A stretch of 52,588 bases of DNA from an uncultured archaeon (GTDB taxonomy: Archaea; Aenigmatarchaeota; Aenigmatarchaeia; CG10238-14; SCSR01): positions 1 to 52,588 of the forward strand of contig CAZYHQ010000004.1 in NCBI GenBank assembly GCA_964646855.1. Reading direction: 5' to 3'. Of the stretch, positions 46,232 to 52,588 are shown in pieces. Position 1 is the stretch's first letter; every line of letters begins with the position of its first letter. Under the pieces are notes generated by a model. It did not search any database. It was not told where the DNA came from and was given only the letters and a program-made list of their open reading frames with translations. Both the position numbers and the translations under genes were made by a program.

Positions 46232-46759
46232 ATGCTAATGCCGCTTTTCGGAAAGAAAAAAGAAAAAGTCGATGACCAGAAGATGAAGGAAATTTTTGCG
46301 CAGGTCGACGAAATTCTAAAAAATTCTCCTGCTCAGCCAGCGGGAAAAAAAGAAGAACCTAAACCGCCCGAACCCCAGAAACTTGTAGGTGCAACAGAAG
46401 AAAGAATGGACAGGCCTACGTTCGCCCCGCTGTTTGTAAAAATAGACCGCTACAGGCAGATACTGAATACCCTGGGCTACCTGAAGACTGCGATGATAAT
46501 GATCAAAAATTCTTTTGTCACACTCAACGAATTGGAGCGGGCAAGATTAGAAACTTCTAATTTAATTAAAGAGGCTTTGGAGAAAATCGACAAAAAAATC
46601 AGTGCGCTGGACACCGAGCTGATTCGTCCGGCGGGATTCCACGACACTGCTCAGGCAGAAAAGCTGGAGTACCAGGATGTCGAAACTGTCGAGGCTACAG
46701 TTGCAGATTTGAAGGGACAGATCGACCAGCTGAAATCTGAATTGGACAGAATGACTTAA
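46232..46759 (+). CDS. Coiled-coil hypothetical protein
   Basis: Pro-rich linker, APLFVKID.Y motif, C-terminal heptads. Confidence 0.78.
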   Translation: MLMPLFGKKKEKVDDQKMKEIFAQVDEILKNSPAQPAGKKEEPKPPEPQKLVGATEERMDRPTFAPLFVKIDRYRQILNTLGYLKTAMIMIKNSFVTLNELERARLETSNLIKEALEKIDKKISALDTELIRPAGFHDTAQAEKLEYQDVETVEATVADLKGQIDQLKSELDRMT

Positions 46760-46808
46760 ACTAAAATTCTGTAAAACTTTTATACTTCTTCGCTGTACAT
46801 AATCTTAC

Positions 46809-46930
46809 GCAGGAGTCGCCTAGTCCGGTCAATGGCGCCGCGCTCAAGATTTTCTTGAGCTTTGATTCAAGATGAAAATAGGAAACGCGGTGGGTTAGTC
46901 CCTCCGCCGGTTCAAATCCGGCCTCCTGCA
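46809..46930 (+). tRNA. tRNA-Leu(CAA) with about 36-nt intron
   Basis: Acceptor GCAGGAG/CTCCTGC, stem CCGCG/CGCGG, anticodon CAA at 46845-46847, intron about 46849-46884, variable arm, T-loop TTCAAAT. Confidence 0.92.
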
Positions 46931-46933
46931 CAT

Positions 46934-47374
46934 TTACCGAATTAGAGACTTAATTTTGTGCGCAAAACTTTGTAGATGTGAATAGAATCCTTTGCCGAAA
47001 GTGTAGTTAGAAGGCTCATAAGATGCATAACCCAATTTTTGGGCTTCACTTTGCAAAAAATTTCTGGTGCATGCATAGGCCTTGGTCATTAGTTCTCCAC
47101 TAATGTCGTTAAAAATTTCCTCGAAACCTTTTAAGTCACCATGTATGGGTTTGGGTGATTTGAAAACTCTATCAAGATCCCAACCCCATCTCCAAGAACC
47201 AAAATAACCATACAGACTAACTGCAAGTTGTTCTGCTTGATCTGGCGCTATGCCCGGTAGTAAAGAGTCTATTTGACTGTACCAAAAACTGGCAAATCTT
47301 TCTACGTTTTTGGCCTTATACTCGAGCTCAAGCCGTCTTACGATATTCTTGATAGTCAAATCTTCTTGTGGCAT
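46934..47374 (-). CDS. Hypothetical protein
   Basis: About 146-aa ORF converging on the tRNA-Leu 3' end; start taken at ATG 47374. Confidence 0.6.
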   Translation of the reverse strand: MPQEDLTIKNIVRRLELEYKAKNVERFASFWYSQIDSLLPGIAPDQAEQLAVSLYGYFGSWRWGWDLDRVFKSPKPIHGDLKGFEEIFNDISGELMTKAYACTRNFLQSEAQKLGYASYEPSNYTFGKGFYSHLQSFAHKIKSLIR

Positions 47375-47477
47375 GAACAGAATAAAGTACGCTATACTTA
47401 AGTGCATTTCGTTTTAATTGATAAACCTTAGTCTACTCAAATTTAGAAAAATCAAAGAAATTAAAAAATTTCGCAGC

Positions 47478-47765
47478 TTACCTTGATGCTACTAGGGTTT
47501 CGTAAGCTACGAATATTGCTCCTATTAACGCGAAGAGCCAGCCTAGAACTTCGAAGATCGACCCTATGCCTCCCAGAACTGCTGAACCTATGTAACCAGC
47601 CAACGCGCTGGTTGGGCTAAAGGTCCCAGCAAACAGGAGCCAAGTTCCGCCTAGGGCAATCCAGTTCCAGCCCTTCTCTGACTTGTGCCTGAACTTTGAA
47701 TACTCGGCCAAGGCAGTGCCTAACAGGAGTGCAACCCCTAAACCGACTAATCCTTCTAGTACCAT
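47478..47765 (-). CDS. Small Gly-rich three-TM membrane protein
   Basis: Three hydrophobic segments; TTATAA box upstream. Confidence 0.8.
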   Translation of the reverse strand: MVLEGLVGLGVALLLGTALAEYSKFRHKSEKGWNWIALGGTWLLFAGTFSPTSALAGYIGSAVLGGIGSIFEVLGWLFALIGAIFVAYETLVASR

Positions 47766-47948
47766 AAAATAAATTGAAATTGCTAGTCATATAAACTATT
47801 CTGTTTTCCTTATAAGCGTATTTCTTGTTCGGTAGTAACAATCGGGTACGAATAAATTTTTAGTACAGTAAAAATTTAAAAAGTTCAACGCGAAATTTTT
47901 TTGCAGAATTTTAAAAAGAAATAAAAAAGAAAAGAGAAAACGTGTTGA

Positions 47949-48047
47949 CTACCACTCGTCGGATTCGGTGTCTTCCTCCGAGCCCTCGCCTTCACCTTCG
48001 TCGTCCGAGTCGCCACCGAATTCCTCGTTGTTAGTTTCGTCCATCAT
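47949..48047 (-). CDS. 32-aa hyper-acidic micro-protein
   Basis: MMDETNNEEFGGDSDDEGEGEGSEEDTESDEW*; GGTGA SD, TTTATATA box about 40 nt upstream, U-rich tract downstream. Confidence 0.65.
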   Translation of the reverse strand: MMDETNNEEFGGDSDDEGEGEGSEEDTESDEW

Positions 48048-48207
48048 TTCACCAATAATCTATTCTTAAGAGTCGAGAAAGTATATAAAGATTTACTTTT
48101 TTCTGAAACTTCATAGTTTTTGCCACTAATGTCATTAAATATGCGATATGCAAACACGCAAACTCCTGGCGTGCTTGCTTTTTGCTTCCTGCTGACAAAT
48201 TAAAATT

Positions 48208-49374
48208 ATGGTCAGGCACGAGATCTCTCAACGATACATACACTTGCCGACAACTGAGTTCGCAGAAATCATGAAGCTGGCTGAAGACAGCAAAGACATA
48301 GTTTCCCTAGGTCCAGGTGAACCGGATTTCATAACGCCGAAACATATTTTGGATTTCATCAGAAAAAATTTACATAAATTTACGCACTACTCCACTCCAC
48401 AGGGAAGAACTTCATTGCGTGAGGCGATTGCAAAAAAATTGCGAAAGGAAAACAAGATTGATGTTGATACGGACGAAATAGTCGTCACTGCCGGCTCGAA
48501 CGAAGCAATTTATGTCGGACTGGAAGCGACGGTGGATCCTGGAGAATCTGTGCTCGTGCCGAATCCGGGCTTTCTTGACTACATACCTGTCATTGAAACT
48601 TTGAACGGTGTTCCGATATCAATACCTCTCCACGAATCACACGGATTCGAATTGAACATGGACGTAATCAAAAAACACATCACTCCAAAAACAAAAGTTT
48701 TGATAATCAACACGCCGTCAAATCCTACTGGCAGAATTCTCAAGAAAAAAACTTTGGAAGAAATTGCTGATGTTGCAGTTGACAAAAATCTTATAATATT
48801 TTCTGACGAGGCCTACGAAAAATTTGTCTACGGAAAAACCAAGCACGTCAGCATCGCGAGCTTGAACGGAATGAAAAATTACGTAATAACTTTCCAGACT
48901 TTTTCAAAAACTTATGCGATGCCGGGTTTCAGAGTTGGCTATGCAGCCGGACCGAAAGATTTGATTAATGCTATGGTAAGACTGCATATGCACAACACTA
49001 TTTGTGCGCCGACGGTTTCCCAAGCTGCTGCTGAATTCGCGCTAAGGTCTACGCAAAAACCTGTTAAAAGAATGTTCAACGAATACAATAGAAGAAGGAA
49101 AATGATTGTAAAAAGGGTTTCCGAAATTCCTCAGTTCAGTTGCCAAGAACCAGAAGGCGCGTTCTATCTGTTTCCAAACATTACGCAAACAAAAATGAAT
49201 TCTGTAAAATTTTCGCATTTCATTTTGAAAAAAGCGAAAGTTTTAGTTGTACCTGGGACGGAGTTTGGAAAATTCGGCGAAGGTTACGTAAGGCTGAGCT
49301 ATGCGACTTCTTACGAGAAAATTGAAGAAGCTACAGACAGGATTGAGAGGTGTCTACGCAAAAACAATCAATAG
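48208..49374 (+). CDS. Class I/II PLP-dependent (aspartate/aromatic) aminotransferase
   Basis: LGPGEPDF.TP, NTPSNPTG, SDEAY, FSKTYAMPGFRVGY, GEGYVRLSYA. Confidence 0.96.
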   Translation: MVRHEISQRYIHLPTTEFAEIMKLAEDSKDIVSLGPGEPDFITPKHILDFIRKNLHKFTHYSTPQGRTSLREAIAKKLRKENKIDVDTDEIVVTAGSNEAIYVGLEATVDPGESVLVPNPGFLDYIPVIETLNGVPISIPLHESHGFELNMDVIKKHITPKTKVLIINTPSNPTGRILKKKTLEEIADVAVDKNLIIFSDEAYEKFVYGKTKHVSIASLNGMKNYVITFQTFSKTYAMPGFRVGYAAGPKDLINAMVRLHMHNTICAPTVSQAAAEFALRSTQKPVKRMFNEYNRRRKMIVKRVSEIPQFSCQEPEGAFYLFPNITQTKMNSVKFSHFILKKAKVLVVPGTEFGKFGEGYVRLSYATSYEKIEEATDRIERCLRKNNQ

Positions 49375-49624
49375 GCTTGATCGTGATGTTCAAATTCTAA
49401 AAATATTACTTTGCGCTGATTTTCATCAATTCTGTACGTTAAAACAAAAGGCCCAATTTGTATCCTCCATCTTCCTTTGAGAATGTTCCTTAGCGGTTGC
49501 CCTGTTTCGGGTTTTCTGCGATTTTTATTATTTGTTTTTGAATCCTTTCGTAAATGACTTTATTTCTTTTAGCTAACTTTTTGAGTGTCTCATTAAGCTG
49601 TGGAGAAATTTCATAGCTGTACAT
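49368..49624 (-). pseudogene. RelE/ParE-family toxin interrupted by a -1 frameshift
   Basis: Frame 1 MYSYEISPQLNETLKKLAKRNKVIYERIQKQIIKIAENP; the -1 frame continues PETGQPLRNILKGRWRIQIGPFVLTYRIDENQRKVIFLEFEHHDQAY*; shift at about 49505-49515. Confidence 0.85.
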
Positions 49625-49628
49625 CCGT

Positions 49629-49868
49629 TCATCTTTTTAAAGAATCAAGATACTTCTTAAGCTCCTCTATATTTTTGAATGTCTTTCCTTTACCCTCTTT
49701 TATTCTTCTTTCGGCTGCTAAAACACGTTTTATGAAACTTTTTTTAATCGTAGACTCCGGAGGATAATAAAACTCGTTTGGTAAGGCTTCACGCAAAGCT
49801 TTGTGCACAATTCTCTCTATCTTTGGAACCAAATGCCTTATTAACCTGTCTTCAACTTCAGCCTTCAT
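49629..49868 (-). CDS. Putative antitoxin
   Basis: Directly upstream of the RelE-like gene; C-terminal AE..IKEGKGKTF.N.EEL..YL. Confidence 0.8.
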   Translation of the reverse strand: MKAEVEDRLIRHLVPKIERIVHKALREALPNEFYYPPESTIKKSFIKRVLAAERRIKEGKGKTFKNIEELKKYLDSLKR

Positions 49869-49929
49869 TTAAACACTTTAATAGTAATATGCATTTTAAT
49901 CATTAATACTTTTTTGTTAACTTCACCGA

Positions 49930-49995
49930 AGTTATGCTACTGCGTATGAAAAAATTGAAAAGGTAATGGACAGAATAGAAAAGTGCTTGAGAAAA
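49930..49995 (+). repeat. Diverged copy of the aminotransferase 3' end (matches 49297-49362)
   Basis: SYATAYEKIEKVMDRIEKCLRK vs SYATSYEKIEEATDRIERCLRK, 17/22 identical. Confidence 0.85.
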
Positions 49996-50004
49996 CAATT
50001 AAAT

Positions 50005-50682
50005 TTATTCAAGCATCCAAATTTTTTTGAAATAGTTTATAACAGAATTAGGATTAGGTAACTTATCAAGATAATTTATATTTGCACCATATTCTTTGAA
50101 CATCAGATATTTTGCCATAGGTTCCCTTTGTTCATCCAAGAGCTCGCTTATAATTTCGGTGTCGGGCTTGATTTTACGAATTTGAAAAAGTCCAATTTGA
50201 TAAACAGCTGCCTCATCGACATGTTTTATTTTTAGATAGTCCATTCTACGATTAAAGTCATCCTTTTGATTGAGCGGTTCTGGGTCTTCTCTTTGTAGCA
50301 CACTCCGGCCTAGCACAGAATAACCTAAAACCTCAGCCTTGTAATCAAATGTGATTCTTGCGCGACCTAATACACGACCATTTGGAGATTTCAACTTTAC
50401 AAATGTCCTAGCTCCATAGCTGCTACCACCAGACCTAGTTGCTCCATCGGGAGCGTCCAGAACTTCGAGCCCTGCAACTTCATTCCTTTTGTATATTCCA
50501 CCAGAGAACAATAAATCAGTAATCAGTGGTATGTTGTATGAGTTAAGTCCATTAAAATTGGAAGTGTCCAACCTTGAAGAAAAAAATCCATTTGAAACAT
50601 TTCCTCTGATATCAGAAAACCTAATTTTCATATCGTTAACTGCACGCAACATTTGTTCTCTTTCGTCCATGATAAATTTCAT
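50005..50682 (-). CDS. Hypothetical protein
   Basis: 225-aa ORF, no family recognised. Confidence 0.7.
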   Translation of the reverse strand: MKFIMDEREQMLRAVNDMKIRFSDIRGNVSNGFFSSRLDTSNFNGLNSYNIPLITDLLFSGGIYKRNEVAGLEVLDAPDGATRSGGSSYGARTFVKLKSPNGRVLGRARITFDYKAEVLGYSVLGRSVLQREDPEPLNQKDDFNRRMDYLKIKHVDEAAVYQIGLFQIRKIKPDTEIISELLDEQREPMAKYLMFKEYGANINYLDKLPNPNSVINYFKKIWMLE

Positions 50683-50725
50683 TTAAAATAAACATTTAAA
50701 TCTTGCACGTGTCTAATACTCTTTT

Positions 50726-51002
50726 GCAGAGGGCTAGATCTGGGAGGCTAGGTCTCTCCTTCATCGGCAAATGATCTTCATGGCCGAGTCGAACGCCTTT
50801 GGACGGTGCAACGCTTGCAGGCTGCTCCAAGCTTGCAACTGAGAAGCTCCGTCTTGTGGGTCGGATGTCCAGCGAACCCAAACAGATCCGGAAGGAAGCA
50901 TTTGTAAGTTGGATGTTTCGGCGCTTACAAGGTAACGGAGTGGAGAAGCAGGTTTGGACTAAGTAGTCTGCAGGCTTGCAACAACCTGAGGCCGCCTTCT
51001 GC
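50726..51002 (+). ncRNA. ffs: Signal recognition particle (7S) RNA, apparently lacking helix 6
   Basis: Terminal pairing GCAGAGGGC/GCCTTCTGC; helix 8 motif GAACC-CAAACAGATCC-GGAA-GGAAGCA-TTTG; GC-rich intergenic stretch of about 277 nt. Confidence 0.9.
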
Positions 51003-51056
51003 GCATTTATCCATATTCACAATGTTTATAAAATTTAGAAAACAAAACTGTTTCTT

Positions 51057-51842
51057 ATGAAAAAGCAAATTTTCATCACAATCGCTGTAATAGTTTTGGG
51101 TGTTGCCATATTTTTCTCATCAGCTGATTTCAAAGATTTCTTTTCCACAAAGTCAACAATAGAACCTGCAATAAAACAGGGGGCTGATCAAACAAAGCAA
51201 ACAACTGAAACCGCCGTCCAGACTTTTGCAGCAACCACAGGTAAAGTAAGTATAAAGGTTCCTGCTGTCGACAATGAAGGCAACGGCGTTGCAACCGTGC
51301 TGACAGTGCAGGCGATTCCCGGAGAAGGAAGAACTTTGACAAACATAAACCAGCTTCTGTTTTGGGTAGACACACAGTATTCAATACAAATTGCCAAGTA
51401 CGTTGCAGAAAACATTACAAACGTGAACACTTCGAAAGTTGATTTGATTTACACTATTGAAACAGACGCAACTGTAATTGAGGGTCCGTCAGCTGGGGCC
51501 GCGTTGACAGCAGCAACCATTGCAGTACTGCAAAACAAAAGTGTGGATCCGGAAGTTTCGGTGACAGGAACGATCAATGCCGATGGCAGCATCGGACCTG
51601 TTGGAGGCATACTGGAAAAGGCGAAAGCATCCAAAGACGTCGGGATAAAAACTTTCCTTGTGCCAGAAGGTCAAGGCACGCAAACCAGCTACACTCCTGA
51701 AAAAGACTGCGAACAGTTCGGGGGTTTTACTTATTGCACAACTGAATACAAGCGGCAGAGAATCAACATAACTGCCGAGTCTGGGATAGAAATCGTCGAA
51801 GTTAGCAACATAGAAGAGGCATTAAAATACTTTTTAGTTTAA
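51057..51842 (+). CDS. Membrane-anchored Lon-like (S16) Ser-Lys protease
   Basis: VPAV...G.GV, IEGPSAGAA, VTGTIN.DGSIGPVGGILEKA, FLVP.GQ. Confidence 0.92.
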   Translation: MKKQIFITIAVIVLGVAIFFSSADFKDFFSTKSTIEPAIKQGADQTKQTTETAVQTFAATTGKVSIKVPAVDNEGNGVATVLTVQAIPGEGRTLTNINQLLFWVDTQYSIQIAKYVAENITNVNTSKVDLIYTIETDATVIEGPSAGAALTAATIAVLQNKSVDPEVSVTGTINADGSIGPVGGILEKAKASKDVGIKTFLVPEGQGTQTSYTPEKDCEQFGGFTYCTTEYKRQRINITAESGIEIVEVSNIEEALKYFLV

Positions 51843-51885
51843 ATTAAACTCAGCTTATTTATTTTGGTAAACTCTAGTTATTTTA

Positions 51886-52380
51886 ATGACCTTTAGTCAC
51901 TTTATTGACAAAACTAAAACAAAAAAATCTTTTTACCGTTGGTTAATTGTAGCTTATCTTTTGCCGATAATTGGGAAGTTCATCATACAGAGATATAAAT
52001 TTTCAGATAAAGACCTTAAAGAATTTTGTATTAAACTTTCGTTGTATAACCCGTTACTGATTAGCATTGTGGGGGGCGTAATTATATACATTTTTATTTT
52101 GTTTGCATACGGGTATGATCCTTCAGCCTTGTTACTAAATTTGTTAATTATTGTTTTTGTCCTAGTGCCTTTGTCTTACTTAATGTTAAACCACATACTA
52201 AAATCAAACAAGTATCGCCGCTTGTATTTATCTATCGTTTTCGGGTTGTTCGGGGCTGTTTACGCGTACATAACTGAGAAAAATGCTAACGTTAAGAAAA
52301 GGGTACTATGGGTTTTCATCTTAAGTTATCTAGCATACCCATGGTTCTTTTTAGTTGACATTTTAATAAGTCTCATTTGA
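51886..52380 (+). CDS. Multi-pass membrane protein (AT-rich)
   Basis: 164-aa hydrophobic ORF. Confidence 0.65.
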   Translation: MTFSHFIDKTKTKKSFYRWLIVAYLLPIIGKFIIQRYKFSDKDLKEFCIKLSLYNPLLISIVGGVIIYIFILFAYGYDPSALLLNLLIIVFVLVPLSYLMLNHILKSNKYRRLYLSIVFGLFGAVYAYITEKNANVKKRVLWVFILSYLAYPWFFLVDILISLI

Positions 52381-52452
52381 TGACTGTATAGTGCCATAAA
52401 TTTATTGATAACTTAAACTAATCTTTAAACTCTTTTAGTCTAAATTAATTGT

Positions 52453-52588
52453 ATGCAGTGGTTTTCTTTAACTGAAGTTAGGGACTTGATAATTTCGGTT
52501 GTTGCAATAACAGTAATTTTTGCTTGGCCGAATCTGCAAAATTTTACAGTTTATCTCGCGGTGATTTTGGTTTCCTTCGTGCTGCACG
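52453..52588 (+). CDS. Probable M50 (site-2) membrane metalloprotease, truncated by the window end
   Basis: MQWFSLTEVRDLIIS...VSFVLH followed by G; E..DL..S start and probable beginning of an HExxH motif. Confidence 0.65.
   Translation, partial: MQWFSLTEVRDLIISVVAITVIFAWPNLQNFTVYLAVILVSFVLH

Noticed and set aside
45692-47407. Integrated element at tRNA-Gly or tRNA-Leu
   Set aside because: Genes converge on the tRNA 3' ends, but no integrase and no duplicated tRNA 3' fragment (att site) were found.

Overview
A gene-dense archaeal chromosome segment, most consistent with a DPANN-type archaeon. This is inferred from GatDE, Cdc48, Dph6, Pth2, a split Hef, an S-layer gene, intron-containing tRNAs, an archaeal SRP RNA and many abutting genes. 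It holds about 70 CDSs, mostly housekeeping: pyrG/pyrE/pyrF-like, gatD/gatE, speD, topA, cdc48, RNase HI, Nre, an ABC exporter, rhomboid, MinD, a GT2, the S-layer protein, an aminotransferase and a Lon-like protease. There are five tRNAs (four with introns, one of them with two) and an SRP RNA. No CRISPR array, transposase or integrase was seen. Main observations: (1) four unrelated proteins, including Cdc48, its coupled HExxH protein and an unannotated 43-aa micro-ORF, end in the identical tail Y-I-G, suggesting a shared docking system. (2) A tandem 7-8-7 palindrome with a 35-bp period recurs upstream of two nuclease genes. (3) GTTTCA repeats link a membrane-tethered HTH regulator to the S-layer promoter. 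(4) The SRP RNA lacks helix 6. (5) Several enzymes have lost canonical parts: GatE without its insertion domain, a Cys-free archaeosortase and a radical SAM protein without CxxxCxxC. (6) A frameshifted RelE toxin module sits between two diverged copies of an aminotransferase 3' end. (7) Five micro-ORFs are missed by the ORF track. All family assignments come from motif recognition by eye, not database searches.
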